64,000 nt of DNA from Paraspadella gotoi (lineage: Eukaryota; Animalia; Chaetognatha): assembly GCA_051294375.1 (NCBI GenBank), contig CM119268.1, positions 20,601,266-20,665,265 of the forward strand, in the 5' to 3' direction. This document shows, one piece after another, positions 26,545-40,800 of the stretch. The notes beneath the pieces were generated by a model, which saw only the letters and a list, made by a program, of their open reading frames with translations, was not told the DNA's origin and made no database searches. The first letter of the stretch is position 1; every line of letters begins with the position of its first letter. A program made the translations under genes and the position numbers.

Positions 26545-29500
26545 ATGCGATCTGGTATAAATAGATCATGATAATCCAAAGCAATGAAACAACGAACTGT
26601 GTTGGAAACAAATATCGATTTGTTTAATTTTGTGGAACAGTTTTAAAAAGGCAAGAAGAACGACGGACCATAACAAGAATTAGTGTCCAACACAGGAATG
26701 AGAGACGAGAGAGAGATTGAGAGAGAGGAGGAGGAAGAGATGAAGGAGGAGAGAGAGAGGACGAGGAGATGGAGAGAAGAGAGAGGAGAAAATTGAATTA
26801 ATTCAGAGGAGAGAGAGATGAAGAGAGAGAGAAAGAGTGAGAGAGAGAGAGAGAGAAGAGAGAGAGACAGAGACAAGAGACAAAGAGCAGAGGACTGCTA
26901 ATGAGCATCTTGATGTGCTTCCCTAAGTCGTGGAATACAATAGTTTTGTAATTGACTTGAGTTGTTTCCTTTTTTCAACGATAAGCGAAAGTGTAGCCCT
27001 CTTCGAATCAGAGCAATTGGAAAATGGAACAAATGGACTTTGGAATCAGTGACATTTTTTTCTACATGTTGCACATTGTTTTTTGGAGTTAAAGTAGTTT
27101 GGAAGTAAAAAAGTAAATAATTAAACAAAATGGGCCAATTTGCAAGAACATTTTTCCAAATCTTCAAGTATAGTCTGTCTGTAACAAAATAGTAGTATTT
27201 AAAGTAGGAAGTAAATTTCTTTCTTTTTCTTTTTAACTATGTAACAATTCGCTATATTTTCTTTTTCTTATTAACAATAAAACTTTTTCAAAACTTTTGA
27301 CTCCAAACCATAGTGAAATGACAGAAATCTTGAAATTTATTCCTTGAACTGAAATCTTTTTATTTTCTTTTTTTTGATTGCGATTTTCAATTTCGAAGAG
27401 TTTTCTTGCTCCACTCTCCCTTTTCTCCGGTCAATGTCAAAAAAGGACGAGGAAGAGAGAAGACGGAGATTGGAGAGAAGATGAGCGTAGAGAGACGATA
27501 GAGATGAGAGAGAGAGCCAGGAGACAGAGGACACGAAGACGAGACGAGACTGCGGGATCAGAATGCCCAAAAACAAGGGGTCGCATTTGCCCATATTCAA
27601 ATGCTGTTGACTTTTCCTCAGACAGGTGAGGCACAGAGGCAAATCCGCGGGCGACATTTCTAGGAGACAAGCAAGGTCCTCAAGGAGAGAGAGAGGAGAA
27701 GAGGATGAGAGATGGAGAGAGAGAGGGAGGAGAGGGAGAGAAGACGAGAGAGAGAGAGCAGGCAGAGAGAGAGATAACGATAATATACATATTAAGATTA
27801 ACTGGATTCGCCGAGCTTACTATATTCAAATATGTATATTTCTGCCTTGAATAATGACACTTTCTAAAATTAATTTAATTAATCTTACTTAAAATGTTTA
27901 CGCCCGCTGCTGCTACAGCCACGGCTGCTAAGCCTCTGGCTGCTGAGGGTGACAAGGCGAGATCAAAATGCAGACATGAATTTCTTTACTTTTCTTTCTC
28001 CTTCTTTCTTTCACTCTTTTTTCTTTTTTCTTTCTTTTCTTCAGCGCCTCCTCTTTCTTGAATGTAAATAGGGAATTGTATAGAATTTTCTGTTTCTGCT
28101 TATTTTCACTTGAAAAAAACAAACTGAGTTGGAAAGACATACACTCGAATTATTTAGGTTTCGTATTTTTTTCCTGAGGGAATCTCTCTCCTAGGACTTT
28201 ATCTTGGAGAATGTGTTGGTCTTTTTATTACTTCTGTTGTCCTTTACACATTCCTTGTCTTGTTCTAAAAGGAAACATAATAGTTATGCCTTCGAGTATC
28301 TGGGGAATATCGAATCACGCCGCGTGCTGGGATTGCACTATTACAAATGGACAAACTATCACTCTATAATCTCACCCGCCCACAATCTTGCCCTAAGGTT
28401 CGCGGAGTGCCAACTACGGCGCTAACGAGGGCATGCCGCTGCAGGGTCACGTGTCTGAATGACGAAGACGTTACAGGGAAAAACGTGGCACTGATTCTGA
28501 ATTGGGGTTTTGCTCGATATTCATTTGATTGGAAGTTATTTCAATTGATTTTAAAACCATCATCTTTAAAGTGAGAGACTGTTCTTATCGTTGAATATTG
28601 TCGTATTTACATTTGGCAAGAATATAAGGGATTAAAAATTATAATGTATAAAAACACATAAGTGAGGTTCCAAAACCAGACTGAATCATTAGCAAACAAT
28701 CACATGAAAGTAAACAGTCAATTACAACACATGTGCCTTGTAAAACTATTAAGGGACCATCTTCAGTGGGTGATAGTACCTCTTTTACACTATTGGAGTG
28801 ACTTAAAGGATTTCACTGGAACTTTTGTAATCTTTTTCTGTTTGGACATATGGAGTAGTGAAGAATCCTGCGCCATTCTCTTTTGGTGGGCTCATAGTTG
28901 GATGGATATCAGATATCTCTGTTCTTAGATCTCAAGTTCCGGGGTCGATCCTAGAGTGGAAAGGATTTGTTTTATTTATGTTAAAATTGGTAGTGTTCAC
29001 TCGGCGGTCCGCCAAGTCGCCTAATTTCATCGCCTCTTTATCTTTCCACTTCGCCCGTATATGGCGTCCCAATTATCGCCCTTCTCGCCTTAGATTGCTT
29101 CTTCTTCATCGCGCCAATCGCCCTAATTGCATCGCCTTTTATCTTTTCCACTTCGCCCAAAATAGTCATTTATCGCCCTCTCCTCACTTAGATCCTTTCT
29201 TCACACCGCCAATCGCAATTCAATCGCGCCGTTTTAGTCTTCCACTGTCCGCTCCCAAATATTCGGCTTCCAATTCATCCCCGCCCTTCTTTGACTGTAG
29301 ATCTTTCTCTCCGCCGCAATCGCCTTAAATTCAATCGCCTTTTATCTTTTCCAGCTTCACCCAAAATCGCCCAATATCGCTCTTCTTCGCCTTAGGACTT
29401 CTTCATCGCCGCAAATTCCCCGCTTTCTAGGATTCCATTTGAATCACGTGAACTGAAAAGAGTCGGCTCTGGGCAAACCGGAAAATTATGTTAAGCGGAA

Positions 29501-32500
29501 TCAGTAAAAAATTAAAAAGGATTAAGAAAAAAGGGGAGAGAGAGAGAGAAAGAGAAGACGTCAGACCAGAGAGAGGAGAGAGGAATGACGAGCGGGGAGA
29601 GAGAGAGGAGACAGAAAGAGAGGAGAAGAGGGGGGAGACGAGAGAGACAGAGAGAGTATTGAATGTTGTTTTTTTTAGGGGGAAATTCGCCGCCGCGGAA
29701 GACGTTCAACGACCGACGACGACGGACGACGACGGACGACGACGTCAAGACGACGACGTACGACGGTCAACGGACGGACCGACGCGTATTGAACGCGAAA
29801 TCAAGAAATTCAAATTTTGGATTCTTTTTTTGAAGAAGAAGAAGGTGGAGGAGAAAACGAAGAGAAACGAAGAGAAGCCACGAATTTAACGTATTGGGTG
29901 CTTCTCCTTTTTTATTCTTCTCTCCTTCTCTTCCTTTCTTTTTCTTCTCTCCTATCTCTCCTTTCTTTTTCTTCTCTCTTTCTCTCCTTTATTTTCTGGT
30001 CTCCTTAATCTCCTTTCTTTCTTGTCTCTTCTCTCCTTTATTTTCCTGTCCTTCTTTCTCTCCTTTCTTTTCGCTGTCTCCTTCTCTCCTCTTTTTTGTT
30101 GGGTGCTGGGTTGTGTGGTTGTGTTGCGTGCGTTTCTCCTTATTTCTTTCTTCTTTCCTTCTCTCCTTTCTTTTCTTCTCTCCTTTCTCTCCTTTCATTT
30201 TCTTCTCTCCTTCTCTCCCTCTTCCTACTTTCTTCCTCTCCCTGCTCTCCTTTTCTTTTCTTTTTCTCCTTCTTCTCCTCTCTTTTCTTCTCTACCTTCT
30301 GCTTCCCTTTTTAATTTCTTCTCTCCTTCTCTCCTTTCCTTTTCTTCTCTTCTTTCTCCTTCCGTTTTTTCACGCGCTACTCCTTTCTTGTGTTCTTTAT
30401 CTCCTTCTCTCCTTTCTTTTCTTGTCTCCAGTTTCTCTCATTTCTTTTCTTCTCTGCCTTCCCCTCTCCTATCGTTTTCTTCTCTTCCTTCTCCATTTCT
30501 TCTCTCTCATTTGAAAACCCACAAAACTATCTCATATCCCCCTCTCCACTTTCATATCTCTTCTCCCCTCTCTCCACGTCTTTCGTCATTTCACCCTCCA
30601 CAGAATATTCACCACAAGACCCCGAATCCACAGTGCAACGACCCCAGAGCAATCCTTGCACTCAATCCCGGACCTGTAAGAGAGAGGACTCCATCGAGTT
30701 TCGTCTCCCGCTCTCCTATCTCGTATCCCTCGCATCCTACTACGCTTAAACACATTTCGTTTTTTAATTTTGAAGATCTCGGCGAAAGAGATTCATCAAA
30801 ACCAAAAAACAAAATGAAACTCGAAGGCAAAAGAGAAAATCACTGGGGACTTAAATTGAAGCTAAACTAAAAGGCGGATATTACGACTCTTCTATATAAC
30901 TTCCTTAATCTCTGATACAATTTGAATCTGAAATATCGTTAAATGTGCAGTCGTATGTTCAAATCCGCCTTTTAAGCGCCATATTCAAACATTCCAAAGG
31001 GGAAACTTGACTTACTACTGATTTTGCACTCATTCATATGTAGTGAGGGGGGCGGGGGGGTGGTGGAGGTGGTGGAGAGGGAGGGTGGGTTGATACAGTG
31101 ATACAGGATGGGGCGAGCAGTAAAATTGATGAGAGGCGTTGAAAAGTAGGCACGGTTGGGGTGATTGAAAAATGGCCACAGATAGTTGGTGTGGAAAGAA
31201 TGGTACAAAGATGGGTGAGGTAAAGTGAAAGTATTCCATCACCCAGGCTATTGGATATGTATGTTGTGAGTTAGTTGGAGAATAGGGGAGGCAACACTCG
31301 GTGGGTTGGACGCGACTCAAAATGGGGAGAGTCTCGCTAAAAATGTCACCGCTGTGGAGTCGATAAAAAACTATATTCATGTGACAATTGTTAATATGTA
31401 CTTGTAACGCTAAATGAAAATTCCAAAAAGGGTGGCTTCCCCTGGGGAACAGGCCGTTATAGACTGTGAGGGCTAAAGCAGTATCGCGGACTGTGGTTCG
31501 TGGAGTTCGGCCTCACGAGCCGAAATTTAAAATATCCTATGCACAGCCCGGTGTTGCCTGGATGCCCATTTGAGATGGGCGGCAGCTACTCACTGTGGCT
31601 TTGGGGCTCTACGACCCGCAGGTGACGCCTCAGTCACCTGGCGCGGTTACCCGTAGGACGGTCTCGCTTTTGGGCTGAAGGGATACGACGTGAGGCGTTG
31701 TGCAATATTTTTACGCCCACAATCCCACAATTATTAGTTAAGCAAACTTTTTTTTTTTAAATGAAAAAGATTAAAACGAATGTTCTTAGTGGCGACGATG
31801 ACTCGAATTGAACTGATATGAATATGGAGAAACTCGTATACAATATGAATTAAAAGAATCTTGAAATCTGAATGAAATAAAGTTCAACGCGAACACGACC
31901 ACTGATAATGACGACGACGACGACCCCAACCCGACGTCGAAGACAACCGAGCGACGACGATAAAGACGCCAAAGACGTGCATCAGCCCTTCTTGAACCAG
32001 CAGGAGTGTGAAGCAGTTTTATCGACGTTCCGTGAATATCAAAGCATACAGTAAACGGGATTTTGCGATGGAATTATTCACCCGCTCCGCGTTGCAAACG
32101 CGTTACAGTAAACCTGGGATTCGATTGAAAACGTTGAAGAAATTTTATGCTCGAATACTACAAGCATGGAAAAGAAGTAAGAGAGAGAGAGAGAGAGAGA
32201 CGACGAGAGAGAGAAGAGGAGAAGAGAGAGGGAGAGCAAGAGAGAGAGGAGGAGAGCAGAGAGAGAATAAAAACCGAAGTTGAATTCTAATTGCAACTCC
32301 GGGAAAATGAATATGGAACTTTTCATTAATTTATTGACAATTTCATTTGATAATAAAATTAACAAAAGATATGACCAAACAAATTAAAATTAGTTTAATC
32401 TCAACAGTACTATTATTTCAGTTGATTAAAATAATTGATTTAATTATTTACATTAATTCATTCACCGAATAGGAATTAAAACGTTAAAGCAACTCCACAT

Positions 32501-34420
32501 ATTCGTTCTTTCTTTCTTGTTACGTCAATTAAATAGAGATTATTCCTCCGCGTGTGGCGCAGGTGCATTCGATGTTGAGACGCGGCGACAATCCCGCCCC
32601 TCTAATAGAGTATTACAAATAAACAAAAGAAAAAAGCAAAATCCAGAGAAGAGAAAAAAAAGTTGGGGTCGAAAATCTTCGGAACGAAGTAAACAAACCT
32701 CAGCGCTGACTGCGAGTAGCTTGAAAAGCATGGGCTAAAAGCCTGCTTCCGCAATATATCTCTCTCAATCTCACAACTACATCCTCTCCTCTCTCTCTCC
32801 TCCTCTCCTTCTCTTCCTACTCCTCTCTCTTCTCTCCTCTCTTTCTCTTCTCTCACTCTCTCTCCCTCTATCTGTCTCCCTCTATCTCATCCCTCTGCCT
32901 TCTCACTCTCTATCTCTCTCTTTCTCTGCCTTTATCTCTGCTCCCTCCTATCGTTCTCATCACTTCCCTGAGCAAAGGAAAGGAAGTAAACAAAAAAGGG
33001 AGAAAAACCAATTCGGTTAAAACCAATTTATGGCTTCAAATCTTCTTCCGTTTGATGTTTCCCCTTCTCTCTCTCTTCTACTCTCTCTCGTGCGTGCGTG
33101 CGAGTCCTCTTCTCTCCTCTCCTCCTCTCTCCTCTCTCTTCTCTCTCTCTCTTCTCTCTCTCCCCCTCTCCGTTTCCCCCTCAGGGGACTGAAGCCCGCT
33201 ACCTCGTCCGCACTCTATTCCGCCATCTCGCGGTCATAAGCCTCCATTCGCTTTCATTCATTCTATTCCGTTACGCTTTACATTCATTCATATGTGGTTC
33301 GCAGCCTCTCCTTCATCCAGTTTCATTCGTTCACATTCACTCACTCGCGTGGTAAATTAGGTAAGGGAGGCGTGAAGATCAAGGGCCGAAGCTCGCTGGT
33401 GCCGGTTCTGGTTAGTCCGGATGGGGGGAAGGCAGAGAGAGATGAAGAAAGAGAGATTGAGAGAGAGAGAGAGAAGAGGATGAAGAGGATGAGAGAGAGA
33501 GAGGAGATGAGAGAGAAGGAGAGAGAGATATTCTGTGTTTTATCACTGCAATTGCTTGCTTTCAATGGTGCATTGCATTTTTTATAAATTTATTTCAAAT
33601 ATTATAATTATTTCTTTACATCATTAAATTCCCTAATTTTTTTAGGTACGGGATTCTGCTTGCTCAGCAGCATTCCCGACTTCTATAACTTCCACTTTTG
33701 TCGGTTCCGTGCGGTTTCCCCCCCCCCCCCCTCCAATCTTGCTCGGTGCATTCACTTATATCATATCAGAACAGTCGAATTATGGATAATTTGGCCAAAA
33801 GCTCTGTCTGTCTGTCTGTTTCTGTCTGTCCCCACTTAGCAAAAAAACTCTAGTTACTCGTGATGAATGGATATATTGGAGCAAATTTTGTGGTGTGCGG
33901 GGAGGAAAGTGTGTGATTCAATCAAGCTTTCGATGAATCGTTCAAGTGGGAAATGAGTTAAATATGGAAAAAAAACCAAACAATTCTATTTCACTATTTG
34001 ATTATGTGCTTTTTTTTATTTTTTATCTTAATGTAAATTCAAGCTGCGCATTAATTAATTATTCAATAAATAAGTTAATTAATTAATTATTAACTTTATT
34101 TGTTAATTAATTAATTTAATTTAATTTTGTGATCCAGATTGTTGTTTTGTTGATTGAGAGGCCGAGACGAAAGTAGGGAAAACGTATTGTTGACCCAAAA
34201 TTAAAAAACATTAATATCAGATTAATTAATTATTTATTCTATGTTAATTCATTAGTTTAATTAATTAATAATGTATCTCGATCAGCTGTGCTTACCGCTA
34301 ATGATGCGTGGTGCAGATCCCGGCATTGTTTGCTCCCAAAAACTTGTGTCCTCATATATTCGTCCAATGACGACGATTGACGATGGACGGACGGACCGAC
34401 GACGATGACGGACGACGAGG
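26545..34420 (-). other. Noisy inverted copy of 16760-24120 (probable long-read gap-fill artefact)
   Basis: Colinear reverse complement throughout, for example 23978-24120 vs 26545-26682 and 19230-19500 vs 31425-31730, with dense 1-2-nt indels. It has no Ns where the original has four gaps, and it ends at a 25-N gap. Confidence 0.85.
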
Positions 34421-34572
34421 ACTCATGCTCTCTTACTCTCTNNNNNNNNNNNNNNNNNNNNNNNNNCGTTTTTGAAAATCTGAATCCATCTTGATACACT
34501 ACTTAAAGACTCGAACCTACATGCGTTATAGATACTCTCAGAAGGGTGAGCAAGAGACGGAAAACCCCGCTC

Positions 34573-34640
<68 letters not shown>

Positions 34641-35252
34641 AAAAGCAAATATCCGATTTGCAAGTAATTTCTTTCACAAACTTGGTCGTCTTGATTGCAA
34701 TCGCCATTGTCGTCGTGGTCGTCGTCGTTGTGGACGCTGTAGATGTCGTCGTCGTCGTCGTCGTCGTCTTCGTTGTAGTAGATGTCTGGAAATAAAACCG
34801 CATGGCATCGACGAAATATTTGCTGTTTGTTTCAACTGCATCCATTTCTGCCGCAAACGCTGTGGCCGCTGACGAGGTTGCAACTCACCAAAGTTGCTTC
34901 TGCAGTTCTCATTCTTTTGCCACTCCCTGTTTCATCCTTTACATCCTTACAAAAATTTTATACTGAATTTATTCAGCCAATTTTAAATTATAAATATTTT
35001 ATAATAAAGAAAAGTCATTGAATCTTATTAACTAAAAAAATTATTTATTATTTTTTGTACCAATCGATTTTGACGTCCTCTAACTTTCGAACGCTTTGTT
35101 TATTTTTTCCGTTTGTATTGACGTCAAGGATTTCGCACTTTAAAAAAAATAGAGAAAAAAAATTAAAAAATTGAAAGATAAATAATAATTTCAAGAAGAT
35201 TTTACGACGGATTAAATTTTGGAAATGAGAGGAAGTGGGAGATAAAAAAAAC

Positions 35253-35314
<62 letters not shown>

Positions 35315-35849
35315 ACAATGGATTTGCGGTCCGCCTCAGTCCTCAGTCATCGTGGGAACCTAATGATTTTTCTCTTTTCTCTTGAGGCCTCAAAATGGGT
35401 GTTTTCCCTTTTTTTTCTTGTGGGTGAAAACGATGCACCTACAACCACGAGCAGTCCACTACGACGACGACGACAACGTCGACGACGACGACGACGTCGA
35501 CGACGACGACGCCAACGAGTAAGTTTGTTGAGAATTAAACTTTATGGATAAATTGCAGCACGAATTTTAATTCGTACTTTGGGGTGAAAATAATATTTGG
35601 TCAGCGTTGATGAGCAACAACATAATAATTTCTAATAGCGTCAAATTCATTGCCTATTTTATACTGATACAGTTACAATATCGACAACTACAACAACAAC
35701 AAAAACAACAACAACAACAACAACAACCCTAGTAATAAAACCAACCCAAAGTATAGCGACGCAAAAACGAAAAGAAAAAAAAGGAGTGACAGTAAATCTT
35801 CAAACTTATAACCATCAGAAAACGACCCTGGCCACGCATCACTGATCCG

Positions 35850-35906
<57 letters not shown>

Positions 35907-36210
35907 GGAAAAAGAGAGAGAGAGGGAGAGAGATTTAAAAACTTCAACGCTTTCTTTGACTGGACTTAAATTTTTTTAATGAATGGAATAAAACAGGTCT
36001 TCTATCGGAAACACATCCCCTTAAATTTTGTTTGTTTGTTAATGAACGAATGAATGAATGAATGAATGAATAAATGAAATCAAGAAAAATAATGAATGTA
36101 AGAAATATTAAGAAAGATAAGAAAAAGCAAAAAAATATAATAGTGAAGATGAAAACGAAGAATTTGATCAAAAACGAAAAATTAAAAATAAAAATAAAGA
36201 TAAACCTCCG

Positions 36211-36246
<36 letters not shown>

Positions 36247-38052
36247 CTCTCTTATACTTGAAGTTCGCGTCGGGGGAAGGGACGCGCGAGATCCCAATTC
36301 GGGTCACTCTTTTTTTGTCTTTCAGTTTCTCATTTCTCCATTTTCACTTTCACTCTATTGTTTCCGGCTGCCGGCTATTGTTCTCCTCCGTCCGCGGCTC
36401 TCAGGTCGCGGACCTGACCCGAATCTGAACCCGACGGGTCATTTCTTTCTTCTCTTCTCTTCTCTTCTCTCCCTCTCCGCCGCGGCATCCGGGCTTTAAT
36501 GATCAGAGTCCGCGATAGCGGACGGAGCTGAAAGTCGCGGATCGAGTCTCTTTTCTTCTCTTTCCTTTAATCTCAAAAAGAAAATAAAAAATAGGAAAAA
36601 TAAAATGATAAATAAATATAAAACAAAAGAAGGAAATAAATAAACAAAATTGACTAGTGAAAAAAATATTGTCACAGACTCTCTCTTCTTTCTCTATTTA
36701 TTTATTTTTTTTTTAATTTCTGACTTATTCTTCTTTCCCTTAATATATTGTTTTCTATTTTTTTTTAATTTCATTTTGTATCATTTGTATTTAATATTTT
36801 TTCAACTGAAACAAAAAAAAAATACAATTTCTAATTATAAATATTTAAAAAATGATTAAAAAAAAAATACTGGCTGGCGTGAAAATTGTTTAGGATTCCA
36901 GACAACTGTTTTGCTCGGGCTTTTGTTTCAGCTTTGCTCCACTCTCCACTCTCGGTATAAAGCGACCTCTCAAAACAATTCGTGCAAAGTCAGCTTCCCA
37001 GACAAAGACAGAGGTTAAAACTTGCTCGACTTTTTTCCAAAAAAATGATATTTAGGTAATCGAATATTAAAATATTAAAAGAAAGAAAATCAATTAAATG
37101 TTTAAGTGAGAAAAAAATATTTGTTTTTATTTTGCAGTGGTTTAAATTAAAAAAATTAAAAATTCATAATTAGATAAATTGAACACTGATGGAAGCCTTA
37201 AACACCAAAGGCCTGGTCCAAAGTCAGGGCAAATAGCTTATTTATTAAATGATGGATAACGTTTTATATTGATTGAACCAATTTCAAAGTCATTATTAGT
37301 AAAAGGAAGTGTTGTGAAGAGAAAATCACAGCCGCCGCAACAAGTTGGACTTGGTTTCTGTTTAATTCTTAATTGGCTTTTAAAATTTGATTGTGCAAAG
37401 GCAAACGTTTTCAATTATTTTTAATAATAATTATTTTGTGCACTATTTTAAATTTTTTTAATAATTTTGTAAACAAATTTTATTTTTATTTCTTAATCGC
37501 CTAATTAACTAATTTTATATCAACATAAAAATCTTGATTTTTTGCCAGCCAAAATAGATAACTAGAAAAACCAATGATGTTAAAAACAATTCAAACATTG
37601 TAATTAAGTTCATCTCTCTCTTTTCTTTGTCAATTTTTCCAACGTCAGTTTTTAGGTCAGACAATAAGCCTTGTATTCCAAAAGTTATTTTATAATATGA
37701 GTTAGTTTTCCAAAAAAAATTATTGTTGAAAATTTAAATGAAGAATGTACCCAAAAAGAAAACGAAAACAATGTTTTACATTTCATTTTTTTATAATTAA
37801 TATAATATTTTAAAGGAAATAAGTAAAAATAATTTTCCCGTCCGCGACCACGATCTCCGGACGTGATCCTGTTGATCCGCGGATTTCTCTCCGATCAGAG
37901 ATAATTTCTCTGAATCCGCGACCTCGAGTCCGGCGGCAAGATTGGCCGGCCGACGTGGTCCGGCATGGTGGACAAAAGGCTCGGTGGCCGGACACCATGG
38001 CTTCCTAGCCGCAAAATCCCGGAGTTTTATACCCATTGCTCTCTCTCTCTCT

Positions 38053-38107
<55 letters not shown>

Positions 38108-40544
38108 AAAGAGCGATAGGGATAAGAGGAAGAGAAACGTCTCAATCTTCTTATCTTTTTCCTTTGTTCTGTTTCCCGATCGGTTGACTTATGAAGAACG
38201 TAATCGAATGAAACGAGGACCCGGTTTGACTTAACTGGGAAAAATGAGAGGGAGGAAAGGAGAGGGAGGGGAGGAAAGGAAAGTAGAGAAAAGGGAAGGA
38301 AAGGAGAAGGAGGGGAGTAAAAAATAGGAAAGGAAAGGAGAGGGGAGAAAACGGGAGGGAACGGGAGTAAAGGAAAAGAAAGGGGAGGAAAGGGGAGGAA
38401 AGGAAAGGAAGGGGGAGGAAAATGCAGAAAAGGGGAGGAAAGAGGAGAAAATTACAGGAAAGGGGAGGAAAGAAGAGGAAAAGGGAGAAAATTGGATCAA
38501 TAGAAAGGAAAGGGGAGGAAGGGAGAGAAAGAAAGGGACAAGAGATAAAATGGGGAAATAGATAACAAGAACCTTAAAAAGGAGAAGAATAAAAACGGAA
38601 ATAAACAAGAGAGAGAGACGCTGAATAGGAGAGAGAGAGNNNNNNNNNNNNNNNNNNNNNNNNNAAATAGTTTCATTTTCATTTTTTAAAACTATAATAG
38701 CCTTATTAATAACTATAATTAAGGGATAATAAAAAGAAATGACGGAGTTGGTTCTTTTTTGGAAAAAAGACGCATCACAGCACTTCCTATAGTTCTTTTT
38801 CAACCTTTTTTTTTTTATTTCCAATAATAAAAAAAAAATACTATCTCGGATTTTTTTTTTAGTTTATCTTTTTTTTTGTTTTTTTTTTTTTAGTCATTTT
38901 GCAGTATAGTAATTACATACGTGTATAATTGGTCGTTTTAAACTAATTTATTTTTTTTCTTATTTTTAATTTTTTTTCATATGTTGGTTTGATTTTTGAT
39001 TATTAGTTAGAGACAAAGAGAACAACGAATAATATAACTTTTATATGGCAGTTAAAACAATAAACGACATAATGTTTTTTTTACATAAAAAGAACATTTT
39101 TGAAAAAACTAATTGTTAGAGCCTTCTCGTTGTGTTTAGTTAACAATCATTAAAATTGTTATACCATAATTTATCATTATTGAATCGATAGGTTATCTGT
39201 TACTCCTTTTTCAATTGTTTGTTGTTGATTCGAAGAGAATAATATTAACAAAGCAAATCTATTCATTATTTTACAGACAATAGGTTTCGATTTGAATTTA
39301 ATTTATAATTATATTTGATTTTTAAAAACTTATAAACAAAAGCTCAATTCCTTTAAAAATCTTGGAAGAATTAAGTTTTCCCTCTCAAAAAGTTCTCTGT
39401 TTTCTTTTTATAAAATGTGAAAGATAGTTTATTTTGATTAATGATTTCAGAAAAATTTAAACAAATTATAGAGATAGTTTATTTATACCATCATCAAAAA
39501 TGAGTCCCGGTTCATGTTGGCCTCAAAACACAAAAAGGATCCAACTCGGCCAATCTATTGTATTTGCTATTTCAAAATTTGTTAATATTTAATTTTCTTC
39601 CTGATCATTCAACAATAAAATATACTTAAATCATTGATAATATATTGATGGATCCTTTTCACTATCTTATATGTATATACGCTGGTGGCACAGGATGTGG
39701 CCCACGTATTATTGGCCCAATAAGAATTGCCGGCCCCTAGATTTGCACCATTAGCATTGGTCCCACATACAATTGCACCCATAGATCGCCCGTATTTCAC
39801 TTATCCCACGTTATTCTTATTTCCTTCAATTTTTTATTTTATTTTTATTTTTTTATATTTTTATTTCATAAATTGCCTATTATATGATCCTCCCCTTGAT
39901 TTTTTTATATTATATTAGTATAAAAATAAAATAATAATGTTAAAATAATAAAAAAAAATAAAATAAAAAATACTAATAAAATTATTTATATTTATTTAAT
40001 AAAAAATAATATTTATTATTCTCTTCTAAATCGCTTATATAAAAAAAAAAAAAACTTTAAAAAATTTTTAAAAAAACTTAAAAAAAAAACACTATGTAAC
40101 ATATTCATTTTTCAAATATAATTTTATGTATATTACAATAAATTAAACGTTTTATTAAATAAAAAATTCCCGCGGAAAATACGGCGAAGGGAATTAAAAG
40201 GAGCGAGTAGCGTCCATCGGTCGTTTTTATCTGAACCCCAAATTCGATCGTAAGCCAGCTGCCTAATTTTGCTTACAACAATCAAATAAAATATAAATAA
40301 CAAATTATTTTTTTAATTTTTATTTTTAACAATAATATTCATAACATAAATTAAATATAATTAAAATTCTATTTTATAAATTTAATTTAGGGAGCCAGAA
40401 TAATTTTTAAAATTTTATAAATAAAAAAATATTCGACGGGAAAATAAATTCTCTCATACGTTGGAGAATTTCAAATCGAATTAATAAAATAAAGGTGTTT
40501 AAATTAAAAGTATTATATATAGTGTTGAAATCACTTGTTGTTGA

Positions 40545-40766
40545 ACGTTTTTGGGGGAAAAAAATACTGAAAATCCAGTCTTGATTTACAACTACCTTAA
40601 AAGACTTTCGAACCCTACCATGCGTTCATAGATACTCTCAGTAAGAGTGAGCAAGAGACGGGAAAAAAAAACCCCGCTCTCATTCTTCTCTCCCTCTCCC
40701 CCCCTTTCCCACGTTTCTTCTTTCCTCTCAAACTCTCTCCTCCTCCTCTCTATCTCTCTCTCTCTT

Positions 40767-40800
<34 letters not shown>

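Noticed and set aside
16760-34420. Giant biological palindrome or foldback element
   Set aside because: One arm has a uniform indel-dominated error pattern and ends at a 25-N gap, which fits raw-read gap filling better.
34421-34441. Possible SMRTbell adapter remnant (ATGCTCTCTTACTCTCT)
   Set aside because: Too short and noisy to distinguish from the ubiquitous (CT)n repeats.
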